A DNA stretch of 64,000 nt from Giardia intestinalis (lineage: Eukaryota): the NCBI GenBank assembly GCA_000002435.2, contig CM018789.1. One strand, 5' to 3'. Below the pieces are notes generated by a model. It did not search any database. It saw only the letters and a list, made by a program, of their open reading frames with translations, and had not been told where the DNA came from. Position numbers and translations under genes: made by a program. Shown one piece after another: positions 29,633-39,578 of the stretch (the first letter of the stretch is position 1; each line of letters opens with the position of its first letter).

Positions 29633-30367
29633 TTAAGCATCCTCAGGGTCAGCAACTAGGTCTTCCTCCCCGAGAGGCTCGAAGATACTACCCCTGGTAA
29701 ATCCCACGGTGGCCCTTTCCCATTGGTGCAGTGGACAGACGGACTTACAGACTCCGTCCAGCCAGGTGTCAATGGAGCAAAAGTGGAGCTTTTTCAATTC
29801 CCAAACAGTGCTCTTGAACTTGTAGCTATCAAACACACTAACCACTTGCTTGCGAAACCGGCTCCCGAGACAACGTTCAGGGGTTGCTTCCCCGCCAAGA
29901 TAGATCTCCACATGCACCATGTCGTGCTTTTGCGGCCGTTTTTTGTTGTTGAAGTAAACCCCCTCATAGAAAATGAGGTCGCCTTCGCGGATAAGGTCAT
30001 GGGTGTCATAGCGGAGGGGGAGGGTGTCAAATTGATATGCTTGGTTGTAGGGCAGGGGCTCAAAACCAAACTCGTCCTTTAAGTCCATTAGAGCCTGTCT
30101 TATGAGTCCGCAACAGTCAAGCTGAAGGGGGTAGGCAGCCAGTTCGGAGCCTTCTGGATGCTCTTTGCGAGAGTAGGGTGTACCGCAGTAGCCCATGGCT
30201 TTCTCAATGAAGAGCCTGCGAAGTCTATCCTTCTCTGCCTGGGTGCGTTGAATGGGCTTGGCCCGAGCCGCAATCTTTGCCCGTTCGGCTCGCTTCTTTT
30301 CTAGAAACGTTTGGAACGCGTCTTGAAGAGAACAGGTGGTGTCGTGCGTGTCCTCTTGCGCATCCAT
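29633..30367 (-). CDS. NlpC/P60-like papain-fold cysteine peptidase/amidase domain protein, 244 aa, with no signal peptide.
   Basis: AMGYCGTPYSRKEH...LQLDCCGLIRQAL matches the NlpC/P60 Cys motif (lGtPYvwGG....GfDCSGlv). GDLIFYEG....HDMVHVEIYLGG matches the His motif (pGDLvFf....HVgIYiG). Cys-then-His order is canonical, not permuted. Confidence 0.5.
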   Translation of the reverse strand: MDAQEDTHDTTCSLQDAFQTFLEKKRAERAKIAARAKPIQRTQAEKDRLRRLFIEKAMGYCGTPYSRKEHPEGSELAAYPLQLDCCGLIRQALMDLKDEFGFEPLPYNQAYQFDTLPLRYDTHDLIREGDLIFYEGVYFNNKKRPQKHDMVHVEIYLGGEATPERCLGSRFRKQVVSVFDSYKFKSTVWELKKLHFCSIDTWLDGVCKSVCPLHQWERATVGFTRGSIFEPLGEEDLVADPEDA

Positions 30368-30411
30368 TTAAGATCTTTGCCTAAAAATACCATTTAAAAA
30401 ATCTATAGGAA

Positions 30412-31557
30412 ATGAAGTACACATTGAAAGATGTCTTCAAATTGTTCACGCCACTGGCAGAGATGCCCCCAGAAATTCAGACAATTAAGAATAATTTCCC
30501 ATTGAGGATTTTCTCTGATATCTCCAGCGGTCTTGCCATTTCTGACGTGAGTAATTTGAATTTCTCTGAGTTCATCAAGACTCCTAATCTTCGTCAAAAC
30601 AGAGGTACACAGCCACGTGCAAAACAATATGCATCGAAGTTTGTAACGGATAGCCAACAAAAGACACTAGCGCACCAAAATCAAATGCCCGAAGAGCCTA
30701 TCCATTGGGATAAGCCTGACCCAAGTGATAAGTTTGACGATCTTCTGTGCCCAGACTTCAGGACTGCCGGCGGAAAAGAAAGTATAAGTGATTCGTTTCG
30801 AAGTACCACTGCCTCAGATGCTGTCCTCGATGTGATGGACCTTATTTCTGCACCAGACAGTAGGAAGAACATCTATTCAAATCCAAAGCATCAATCTGCA
30901 TTAACAAGTGATCTGCCAGTAGAGACTGCCAATGAATCAGATAATGCAGGGGACAGGGGTCCTATTGGCCTTGCAGGAGACGACATTGAAGACGTTCTAC
31001 AAAAGTTAGAGCAGGGTCCTGTCACCGGACCCAACACTATCGACTCTTTACCCGAAAGTCAAGGTATTTCTGAACATGGAGTACCGCAGTTCCCTGTCCC
31101 GCCCACTAGTGATCCTGCGATCTTTGGGTTCCCAACACTACCCTACACACAAGTAATTCCGGGTATACAGCCAATCTCAAACCAGCTTGTTTTCCCGGTG
31201 TACCATCCCCAACAGCAGATTGTCGGACTTGCAAATCCAATGGGCGCTGCCCCATCCATGCAGCCTATGCACGGGATACCGGCTATTCCAGCTGTGTATA
31301 CTATGCCTGTGCAACAGACTCCTCAGACGTATGATGTCAGCTGGGAGTATCTGGATCTAAACAACATAATGAGGGGGCCATTTCCCAGCGTAACAATGTG
31401 GAAGTGGTACAAACAGGGCAGTTTGCCCAACACGCTTCGCATCCGCGTTGCTGGTGATACCGGACCATTCCTTCCCCTTTTTAGCAGGTGGGCCAAGTCA
31501 TTAGCACGAGGAGTTGATCCTTTTAGTGTACCTCCATCAGAACTATCTTATCAGTAA
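30412..31557 (+). CDS. GYF-domain protein, 381 aa, with a Pro/Gln-rich middle region.
   Basis: C-terminal WEYLDLNNIMRGPFPSVTMWKWYKQGSLPNTLRIRV fits the GYF consensus (W.Y.D..g..qGPf....m..W...GyF). ATG preceded by catttaaaaaatctatagga. Confidence 0.45.
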   Translation: MKYTLKDVFKLFTPLAEMPPEIQTIKNNFPLRIFSDISSGLAISDVSNLNFSEFIKTPNLRQNRGTQPRAKQYASKFVTDSQQKTLAHQNQMPEEPIHWDKPDPSDKFDDLLCPDFRTAGGKESISDSFRSTTASDAVLDVMDLISAPDSRKNIYSNPKHQSALTSDLPVETANESDNAGDRGPIGLAGDDIEDVLQKLEQGPVTGPNTIDSLPESQGISEHGVPQFPVPPTSDPAIFGFPTLPYTQVIPGIQPISNQLVFPVYHPQQQIVGLANPMGAAPSMQPMHGIPAIPAVYTMPVQQTPQTYDVSWEYLDLNNIMRGPFPSVTMWKWYKQGSLPNTLRIRVAGDTGPFLPLFSRWAKSLARGVDPFSVPPSELSYQ

Positions 31558-31624
31558 ATTCACGCCTTGAGTCTTGGCCCAGAATCCCTCTTTTAAAAAA
31601 ATAAGACGCTTTTGGATCCGGGAA

Positions 31625-33478
31625 ATGGTTCTTCAACTCCGCAGGGTACTTGGATTTTATCCCCATAGAAGACGCACACTTCTCTTCCATCCTGACGGAG
31701 AGAGGTGTATCTATAGTATTGGCTCGACTATAGTGATTTCTTCTTTTACTGATCCCGAGAATCAGACGATTCTCCGTGGCCATGTGGGCACCGTGAGTCA
31801 TATGGCCTTGGACCCTAGTGGTCGCATGCTGATCAGTGCAGAAGACGGAGAGGATTCGGATGTTTGTATCTGGAATTTGGAGACAGATAGCCTGCACTTC
31901 CGCTTTTCCGAGCACGATTTTGGGGTGTCCTCTGCCAATTACAGCGCAGATGGTTTATTTTATGTTTCGTATGGTGCCCGCGACAAGATGATCTTCATCT
32001 CCGAAGCAGCCACTGCTGATATCGTTTGCAAGCGGAAAATTGGTGACCTGGACCTGGCATGTGTCTTGTTCGGTGGGAGAATCAAGGACGAGCGTGGAAG
32101 AAAGCTTGCGCTTTATAATCTATTGGGTTATACCCAGTCAGGGGCTATCGTATCTTTTACATTCGATCCCAAGACCTCAACCATTCAGCCCATTCCTTTA
32201 ACAACTGGCCCGGTGAAACGCGTAATCCGAGACATCGCCCACTGCACTAAGGACAGATCATTGATGATAGCTGGATCCATGTCCGGGGAAATATTGGTCA
32301 TTGATGCGGTGAAAAACACCTTCTTGAGCTTCATCCAATTACCCAATGGCGCACCAATAGAATGCATTGTGGTATTTCCGGGAGAAAGCAAAGACTTAGA
32401 TAGTATACGACCTGTTTATACCACATATGAAAGGTTGGATGCATTTGATGAGACCATTGCTGCAGGTGGTCATGGATTTATATCAATAATTAAAGGCCAG
32501 GGGAAGAACTGGGATGTGTCTTCAACCCTCAGCGTTCCCGGGCGAGTTACGAACCTTGCTGCTGATTCCCTGGGTCGTATTCTCGCAGGGACAGATAACG
32601 GGAGTATCATTTTAATAATTCAAGAAGGCTCTTCTTACAAGGCCGTTCCGGTAAGCGAGAATCACATTGCCCCGGCAACGTCCGCGTGCTTTGCAGGAAA
32701 CGGGGACGCAACGATGCTTATTACCGTTGCGGCGGACAACACCTGCCGTATTTGGGATCTTAAAGATTTCTATCCTGGGTTAACAATAGACGTGTCGCCA
32801 AACTCGCCGTCTGCCGTCTACCTGAACGAGATCCAGATTTTAGTTGGCTGTACAAACGGAGATCTATTAATCTATGACATTGAGAACGGCGATAAATTGC
32901 TGACTATCCAAGGCGCAGATCGGATCGCAGTTACTAGCCTCTACGGTCACAGGACGCGCATTTTGGTGGGAGGGTCTCACGGGGACGTCCGCGAGTGGGA
33001 CCTAAGAAGCAGGAAGATGATTGGTGGTCACAAGGAGCATACACTACGTGTTGCGAATCTTTCTTTAACTGGCGATGGAGTAATCGTTTCGGCAGCAGAG
33101 GACAAGTATATAATTGCATCTAAAAATGGCACTCGTGTCTCCGATTTCCTTGCAGAGGGGCCTATCAGAGGAATGACGTTGATCGGTGACGTATGTGCAA
33201 TATCTTGTGGCCGGATAGTTGCTCTGGTTGACGTCCCCAAGCGGCGTCAATTGAATAAGATAGAGCTAGGGTCAAGAATGACCAGCATAACGCACAATAG
33301 TAAGTACATTTTCGCTGGCAGCGAAGCAGGGACGCTATACGTATTCACACACGGATTAGAGCTGGTTGAGGAAATACCTGCCCATGCTGCAGATAAAGAT
33401 TTGCATCACATGTCATGCACAGAGGAGTGGCTTTGTACCATGGACAATGATGGCTGTGTCATGGTGTGGTCAATGTAG
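31625..33478 (+). CDS. CFAP52: Cilia/flagella-associated WD40 protein CFAP52 (WDR16)-like, ~617 aa. The track start at 31574 is a TTG; the first ATG is at 31625.
   Basis: VLGFYPHRRRTLLFHPDGERCIYSIGSTIVISSF...ILRGHVGTVSHMALDPSGRMLIS parallels human CFAP52 VIGFNGHVPTGLKCHPDQEHLIYPLGCTVLIQAI...FLQGHGNNVSCLAISRSGEYIAS. WD40 repeats run throughout. Confidence 0.6.
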   Translation: MVLQLRRVLGFYPHRRRTLLFHPDGERCIYSIGSTIVISSFTDPENQTILRGHVGTVSHMALDPSGRMLISAEDGEDSDVCIWNLETDSLHFRFSEHDFGVSSANYSADGLFYVSYGARDKMIFISEAATADIVCKRKIGDLDLACVLFGGRIKDERGRKLALYNLLGYTQSGAIVSFTFDPKTSTIQPIPLTTGPVKRVIRDIAHCTKDRSLMIAGSMSGEILVIDAVKNTFLSFIQLPNGAPIECIVVFPGESKDLDSIRPVYTTYERLDAFDETIAAGGHGFISIIKGQGKNWDVSSTLSVPGRVTNLAADSLGRILAGTDNGSIILIIQEGSSYKAVPVSENHIAPATSACFAGNGDATMLITVAADNTCRIWDLKDFYPGLTIDVSPNSPSAVYLNEIQILVGCTNGDLLIYDIENGDKLLTIQGADRIAVTSLYGHRTRILVGGSHGDVREWDLRSRKMIGGHKEHTLRVANLSLTGDGVIVSAAEDKYIIASKNGTRVSDFLAEGPIRGMTLIGDVCAISCGRIVALVDVPKRRQLNKIELGSRMTSITHNSKYIFAGSEAGTLYVFTHGLELVEEIPAHAADKDLHHMSCTEEWLCTMDNDGCVMVWSM

Positions 33479-33552
33479 GTTGACCGGGTTAACATGCCAA
33501 GGTAGTACACTAGATTAATTCATAATCGTTCATTGCAGTGACGCAAGCTGAG

Positions 33553-33960
33553 ATGGATCCATCTATGAGTATGGCATGCCTTAGAGATAGTCAGACATCA
33601 TTTACGTTCTACCAAACCCCATACCAGTCAGGACTTCATGACACTCATGGCACTCACGCCATGTCTGGATCGACAGTGGCTGCTGCCGTTTCTGCTTCTA
33701 TGATTTGGTCGCCCTTCCAGACACCAACACCGGCTGATCGCGCACAGCGAAAGTGGCACGACGATGGACAAGTGAAAATGTCAACGGGAGGGTCTAACTG
33801 GAAGACAAAGCGTGTAACTATTGTGGCCCCAGCTCTTCCGCAGATACCTTCTCTACAGACAACCCTGTACTCAAGGCTTCTCGACGACCCTCCATCAATT
33901 CATCTTGAACTCTCTGACTGCAGTATCTGTACACCAATATTCGAAGACCGTGAAATTTAG
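33553..33960 (+). CDS. Hypothetical small ORF, ~135 aa. The track start at 33538 is a GTG.
   Basis: ORF only. Ser/Thr/Pro-rich with no recognisable domain. It may be non-coding. Confidence 0.2.
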   Translation: MDPSMSMACLRDSQTSFTFYQTPYQSGLHDTHGTHAMSGSTVAAAVSASMIWSPFQTPTPADRAQRKWHDDGQVKMSTGGSNWKTKRVTIVAPALPQIPSLQTTLYSRLLDDPPSIHLELSDCSICTPIFEDREI

Positions 33961-34055
33961 TTTCGGCTTTAATTTCGGCTTCAGCTGAGAGAAAAAAAGA
34001 GAGGAAGAAAAGAACAAAGTAAATCAGACAAGACACCGGAATATTAAGTCTTAAG

Positions 34056-34571
34056 TCACAGTTCATCTTGATCTGCTGGCGGGTGCGATGGGTCGCTCGC
34101 CTCCTGCTCGATAAGTGTCGGGTCGTCAATTAAGTCGAACGTGATATGGACCGGTTCGCACGGGCCCGACTTGCTCACCTTCTTCTTGCATGAAAACTCA
34201 GCTCCCTCAACTATGTTGTTCTTAGTCACATACTCTACGCTGGGTTCTGCTAGAAATATCATATATTTAATGTCATAGCTAATATTGTGAGATGCTGTGT
34301 CTATAAAGTCTACCAGGACCGTTGCAAACTGGTTTTCTTTATCTGGGGTTACTTGCTTGACCACGCAAATACCTGGAAAGATGTCTAGGTCGCACTGCCG
34401 TCCAAAGATGCGTCGAAAGTTTATCATCAGTTTGTCTCTGCTGGAGCCAGAAGCCCCACCTTCAGCTCCTTCATGGATTTTCCCGTCCTCGTCGCTGTAG
34501 ACACTACGAACCTCACCTCTTATGAGCTCAAAATTGAAGAAGAAAAGTAGAAGAAGCCCCAAGGGATACAT
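34056..34571 (-). CDS. Predicted secretory/ER-luminal protein, 171 aa, with an N-terminal signal peptide and a C-terminal QDEL (KDEL-like) tetrapeptide.
   Basis: MYPLGLLLLFFFNFELIRG hydrophobic leader. Four cysteines in the body. Ends ...PPADQDEL. Confidence 0.4.
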   Translation of the reverse strand: MYPLGLLLLFFFNFELIRGEVRSVYSDEDGKIHEGAEGGASGSSRDKLMINFRRIFGRQCDLDIFPGICVVKQVTPDKENQFATVLVDFIDTASHNISYDIKYMIFLAEPSVEYVTKNNIVEGAEFSCKKKVSKSGPCEPVHITFDLIDDPTLIEQEASDPSHPPADQDEL

Positions 34572-34683
34572 TTACGAATTTATGAATTGAAAGACTTTAA
34601 GAGGTCCAGAAGGGTGCAGGATTACGAGTAGATAAGAAGGCCCATAGAATGTGCTCAGAACAGTTTACATGCACTAGCCGGTG

Positions 34684-34998
34684 CTAGTCAATGATATGTA
34701 ACTCGCTGAGCTTCCAATCCTCGTATGTACCATCTGGCAGGTGTCTGCGGATGATTATGGGGATAGCGTTATTGGCCAGCTCACGGCGCGCCAGTACGAG
34801 GGGGTCCAGGTGGCCGCCTTTGTCTGTGATTGTTATGTGAGCTGGAGCTCCCATTGAGAGCTGGTATGCTCTGGTTCCAAGGATGCGAGCCTGTTCAAAC
34901 TTCGTAAGATACCGCGGGGTGATGCGCTTATCTGGATCTGCAGGCTTAATCTTGCTGATAAACGGCTGATTGCTTTCCACGATCAAGGGCTTGTCCAT
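34684..34998 (-). CDS. RPB6: DNA-directed RNA polymerases I/II/III common subunit Rpb6 (RPABC2/omega), 104 aa.
   Basis: ITPRYLTKFEQARILGTRAYQLSMGAP...DPLVLARRELANNAIPIIIRRHLPDGTYEDW matches the Rpb6 core ([21 protein letters not shown]...IPIIIRRYLPDGSYEDW). Confidence 0.85.
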   Translation of the reverse strand: MDKPLIVESNQPFISKIKPADPDKRITPRYLTKFEQARILGTRAYQLSMGAPAHITITDKGGHLDPLVLARRELANNAIPIIIRRHLPDGTYEDWKLSELHIID

Positions 34999-35120
34999 GT
35001 GACAATCTTCAATTTTATACTGTTCAATTTTATATGCTTCATTGCTTTCTCAGAAACTGAAATGTTTACATGGTGCCGGGCATTCTTCAGACGGGCAAGT
35101 TTGGGTTCATGCGAGCCAAC

Positions 35121-35690
35121 CTACCTCAAGGTGTAGCTCTCCAGCGGCATGAAAGAGTCGTTTTCTGAAAGAAAGTATTTAAACGCGTTGCTATTAACTA
35201 CAGCCTTATTGGAAAGGAGTCTGTGGAAGTAGTTATTAATCTCTCTTACGCGTTCTTCGACAAAGCCTTTCCGATTTCCTCCGAGATTCCAAGGGCGATC
35301 TCGTGGAAAGGACGGCAAATGTTCTAAACCCTCTTGCAACAGGTCGGCATGAAGACGCTTTATTGTGCTAAAACGTTTTGAAACCTGAACCTGATGCTTC
35401 TTCCTCGGAATCAGAAGGTCGTAGACGATGAAGGGGTGTGAACCTCCATTTGAACAGACTGTGTAATTATCACACACAGAAAGAGGGGGAGGATCATCTG
35501 ACGATTCTTTTGTCTCAGTTATTATAGGGGTTTGTGTCACACAGCCGCCCTCATTCCTAAGCCTCGCAGGTGTGACGACGCCTGTGTAATTTTCTGTGTG
35601 GATTGCGTCTTCCAGAAGAATCTGTATGGTTGGCACCGGATTGCTGCCTGCTGCCGTTGGGTAATATGCAGTCGAAACAACGTGCGTCAT
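35121..35690 (-). CDS. PX (phox-homology) domain phosphoinositide-binding protein, 189 aa.
   Basis: ...HQVQVSKRFSTIKRLHADLLQEGLEHLPSFPRDRPW...FVEERVREINNYFHRLL fits the PX core (RRYSDF..L...L.....P.lP.K......f.e.R...Le.yl..ll). ATG preceded by ctatttaaaa. Confidence 0.55.
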   Translation of the reverse strand: MTHVVSTAYYPTAAGSNPVPTIQILLEDAIHTENYTGVVTPARLRNEGGCVTQTPIITETKESSDDPPPLSVCDNYTVCSNGGSHPFIVYDLLIPRKKHQVQVSKRFSTIKRLHADLLQEGLEHLPSFPRDRPWNLGGNRKGFVEERVREINNYFHRLLSNKAVVNSNAFKYFLSENDSFMPLESYTLR

Positions 35691-35825
35691 TTTTAAATAG
35701 CTTCCCTGCGCCTTTCAACCTAAAAGCTTAGTAATCTTAATAAAATAATCTTAATAAAAAAGGAACGAACCTAAAAACTGAACTTAACAACTGAACATAA
35801 CAACTATAATTTATTAATAAAGGAT

Positions 35826-38039
35826 TTAAGCATCCTCCTGCTCTGTTATCGCCTTTATCATACTGAGGCACTTCGTCAATGAATCCAAAAGAACCGGAGA
35901 TGATACCAGAGGATCATTATCAAGGTTTGCTACAGAGCCCATCTTTGTGTTCAGAGTAGCTTGAACGATTTCTCCCATTCCCGTTTCACCGACCAGTGAC
36001 GTTACATCCCCACCGCCCCGGAGGTACGGCTTCACAGCGGCTACACGTTGCTCTGCCTTGCCTTCCCGTTCCTGGTACTCAATCTGGCGATCTGCGTCTA
36101 CTGTGTGCATTTTGCTAGCTATTGGAAGATCCTTGAATGTCTGATCAGTCATCCCAGCGAACTCTGGTCGCAGCACGCCCTGCTTGACAAGCTTCATATT
36201 GCGTCTCTGTCTCTCATCCATTCTGTAAGGTTCTCCGTCCTTTACGTTCTTAAGATGCTTATTGTAGTAACATACGCCTAGCTGTGCAGTTGCGTCGAGT
36301 ATAGACTCACCGGGCTTGTAGTTGAGCTTTACCTTCGCTGTCTGGGGCTTTCCTGTGCTCTTTGATCGCGCTTCTGCTGCCATTCGCTCCTTGAACTCGT
36401 CCATCATTTCTTCTCTGTACTTTAAACTGGTGTTTGCCCGCAGAGCATGATATGCATCCTCCCAAATGACATGATCGTCAGGAAAATAGGAAAGGATACG
36501 CTGATTCATTGCGTAGAGCTTTAGATCGTATAGGTACTTAGTTATTATTTTTGTATAGTCGTCTAGCTCGTTGAGAGACCGGACCTTAACAGTGTAGTTT
36601 TCGATGCTATTTTCGATGCTTTCCTTCACAGTTGCTGTCCCATCGTATATGCGTTTGCGTGTCGAGAGCTCGATGGACCTATCGTTCAGCTCTGGCCGAA
36701 ACGTGCATCCAGATGTCTCTTCCTCGGCCCGTTGGCGGTCAATCTCCAGTTGTTTGGCTTGCTTCTTTTCATGAAGCGAATAGAGCTTGTTGCAATGGGA
36801 TATCACCTCATCGTAACCCTTGAAAGAGGAGGTGGACGTTGCTGCGGAGCTAAAGCTAGAACTGGTGCTAGAGGGATTGCGCTGGTAACCAGGTTGGTCA
36901 CAGCGCGGGATAGTTGTTAGCCGCCGGGCCTTCAGCTCTTTCTTGAACATGTAGATACACTTAACGAACGGGACCGTAATGGAACTGGAGCTGCGAAGCC
37001 TTTCAATTGCCACAGACGGGTTAACATATTTATTGTATGACTGTACAATCTCCAGTACATGGCGTGCCATCGCAATACAGAAGGGTTCTACTTCCGAAAC
37101 TGTAAGATAGCTGCTGTCTCCCACCAAAAATCCCTGGTCATCTTCTAGCAATCCATCGAATAGGGAATAAAATCCAAAATATACCATGTTATACGTACAC
37201 ATCTTTAACTGATCTGGAAAATCGACCTTCAACACCACCATTGTCTGCGACGAAGACGGCATATGAGGATCTGAGGTTGATTCTGATTCGAGTGGCTGGT
37301 TATCCTCTGCAGAGAATGCTAGAATGCTTTGTGATCCAGATCTGTTTATGTAAAACGTTGATGGGTGACTAAGCTTCAGGCAATTCAGGACGTGGAACAC
37401 CTGTTGGGTTATATCCGCGTCTGTCATTGGCCGTCCTCTCACCGAGGAAGCGCGGAGCCCGTTAGGGTCACTTGAGAGATAAGATGTGGATGCCTCCACT
37501 CGTGTGCCCTGATGGCGCCTGGGGCCGCCTGTGGAAGGGCGCCACCGAATCATGGACCCTGCTGGAGTTCGCATGAATGAACTGGATCGGCTACTCTGCG
37601 AGGACATAAGGAGCTGCTTGGCAGGGAGCTCACCGGAACGGAGGCTGCGGATTCCTGCGAAGCTGGAGTCTTTCCGGGCATTCTCATCAACACTTTTCTG
37701 CTTGAGTGATTGTGACCGAAGAGGAAGATCGCCTACTGTCGAATCTATCAGAAGCCTGCTAAGGTCATCCTCTAGATAATCGATGGGACTCTCTTCGCGG
37801 CCATATTGGAGGTCATTCGCAAAGTTGACTTTATAGGCCGCATATGGAGAAGTACTTCGTATGGAGGCTTCCTTATATGGAGGGATCCCCGAAGTGCTGG
37901 TGTCCGCTGTCATGGCTCTGATAAACTCCAAAGAGATATCCTGAGAGGTATGTGATGGATAGGATGGTTGGGAGAACCCGCTCGTAGCTGCACGGGCCTC
38001 CGAGACATAGATATCGCTCACTATTTGATCAACTTCCAT
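35826..38039 (-). CDS. Hypothetical Ser-rich protein, 737 aa.
   Basis: Long ATG-initiated ORF with A/T-rich upstream (cgtaataaaaaaga). No confident domain. Confidence 0.45.
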   Translation of the reverse strand: MEVDQIVSDIYVSEARAATSGFSQPSYPSHTSQDISLEFIRAMTADTSTSGIPPYKEASIRSTSPYAAYKVNFANDLQYGREESPIDYLEDDLSRLLIDSTVGDLPLRSQSLKQKSVDENARKDSSFAGIRSLRSGELPAKQLLMSSQSSRSSSFMRTPAGSMIRWRPSTGGPRRHQGTRVEASTSYLSSDPNGLRASSVRGRPMTDADITQQVFHVLNCLKLSHPSTFYINRSGSQSILAFSAEDNQPLESESTSDPHMPSSSQTMVVLKVDFPDQLKMCTYNMVYFGFYSLFDGLLEDDQGFLVGDSSYLTVSEVEPFCIAMARHVLEIVQSYNKYVNPSVAIERLRSSSSITVPFVKCIYMFKKELKARRLTTIPRCDQPGYQRNPSSTSSSFSSAATSTSSFKGYDEVISHCNKLYSLHEKKQAKQLEIDRQRAEEETSGCTFRPELNDRSIELSTRKRIYDGTATVKESIENSIENYTVKVRSLNELDDYTKIITKYLYDLKLYAMNQRILSYFPDDHVIWEDAYHALRANTSLKYREEMMDEFKERMAAEARSKSTGKPQTAKVKLNYKPGESILDATAQLGVCYYNKHLKNVKDGEPYRMDERQRRNMKLVKQGVLRPEFAGMTDQTFKDLPIASKMHTVDADRQIEYQEREGKAEQRVAAVKPYLRGGGDVTSLVGETGMGEIVQATLNTKMGSVANLDNDPLVSSPVLLDSLTKCLSMIKAITEQEDA

Positions 38040-38522
38040 TCTTTTTTATTACGCGGAATTCCCTCGGGCGGTCTTGACCGGTTTCACTGCAAAAAATCGC
38101 AGCAGTGATCACAGAAGACCACAGGAGCCGCTTGCCACTTACCTGGACGTTAGTGTATGAATATAGAGCTATTACGTAAGCGTCATCCAGCACTCTCTGT
38201 TGCACAAAAGACATCACGACAAGATCTCGACGGTGTCAATGGCCTAGCAGGCACTCCTGACAATGAATGCATAAGCAAACAATCTGATGAACCAGTGCAG
38301 CCATGTCCCAAAGATAGACGTGACTTGCCCGTCATGAGGGAAGGCTTTGGATACGCCCTTCTGTCATCTATGGGCATTACCGAGGAGACACCGCTGATTG
38401 CATACGAGGGTAAGATTTCAAACACAGACTCGTCCTGCTCCTTACCATCTACAGGCAATTAGTTTGTATCTCACTGAGTTTACTACATTTACCTATCACC
38501 GCTAGACTGATGAAGATGACAA

Positions 38523-38894
38523 CTACAAAGATGTAATGTTGAATAGCTGGTAGATGCGGCCAACCTCGACTCCCTTGCGCTCTGCTAAAGCCCCTGCCAG
38601 CATGGTACAGACCTCACGAAGGCGCGAGACTTTGAGCTCCAGCTCTGAATTCCCACTGGACGACCGTGGCTTGCGCTGCTTTGCTTGCTTCTCAAGCCTC
38701 TTGATTTCCGCATCCACCTCAGCCGCAGTTGGTCTAGTTCGTAGAATATTGTACTCGTGGCTCAAAGCATCCACATTATCTGCCACGTCCATATCAACAC
38801 GAAATACGTAGCTCACCCCTGCATGCTCAAACACAACCATATCCGCTTCTAGTGTGTCAGCCGCCTTGTCGAAAACCCGTATGCGTTCGCCCAT
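38523..38894 (-). CDS. Hypothetical small protein, 123 aa.
   Basis: ATG-initiated ORF. No family recognised. Confidence 0.3.
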   Translation of the reverse strand: MGERIRVFDKAADTLEADMVVFEHAGVSYVFRVDMDVADNVDALSHEYNILRTRPTAAEVDAEIKRLEKQAKQRKPRSSSGNSELELKVSRLREVCTMLAGALAERKGVEVGRIYQLFNITSL

Positions 38895-38909
38895 GACTTT
38901 GTAAATAGA

Positions 38910-39368
38910 TTAGCTCTTAATTTTACTAACTCTACGATCCTTCATACCCTCGTCCTCGTGGCGTTTTTTCTCTTTGCGTGAGGACTTGGAGGACTTGGAC
39001 CGCTTCTTCTCTGGCTGCTCGAAGTGTACGTGCTTTTCTTGCTTTAGTGAATGCTTGGTCTTCTGATCTTGCTCCCTCCGCAAGTGCGAGGTTACCCAAT
39101 CTACCTGCCTGCTTGTGGGGATGCTATTTTTAGGATTGGGAAGGCTGCTCCGTGCTGCTGCCATGTCACCTGAAAGGAGCGTGAGTGCACTAGTCAGTGT
39201 ATGCTGCGTGTACTCATCCCCCTTGCTGTGCAGTAGAAGGCTGGTGGAGAGTGGAATCTCGATGGCTTGGAAGCCACTAAAGATAAGCTCGCCTTTACTG
39301 CCTAGCCTAGCACCTGTTGAAAAGAGGGCCTCCGCATTTGTCCCGCGAGGCAAGACCAGCAGCTGCAT
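38910..39368 (-). CDS. Hypothetical small protein, 152 aa, with a Lys/Arg/Ser-rich C-terminal tail (nucleolar or nucleic-acid-binding-like).
   Basis: ATG-initiated. The C-terminus is ...EKKRSKSSKSSRKEKKRHEDEGMKDRRVSKIKS. Confidence 0.3.
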   Translation of the reverse strand: MQLLVLPRGTNAEALFSTGARLGSKGELIFSGFQAIEIPLSTSLLLHSKGDEYTQHTLTSALTLLSGDMAAARSSLPNPKNSIPTSRQVDWVTSHLRREQDQKTKHSLKQEKHVHFEQPEKKRSKSSKSSRKEKKRHEDEGMKDRRVSKIKS

Positions 39369-39578
39369 AGTAGAGGGAGGAGGTGCTTTCTTTTAATTAC
39401 CTCTTCTTTTAAACCTCTCTTTTAAACCTCTTTAAAAATTCGGCCTGATGCTCAATTAGCTCTTAATGCTACGTCCTGATACTGAACCAAAACATAAATA
39501 CAGCTACTGTTCAACAATCTACAACTGCTAACCGTTCTAGGTACGAACTACAGCGTCGACATTTTAAATTTATCGACG

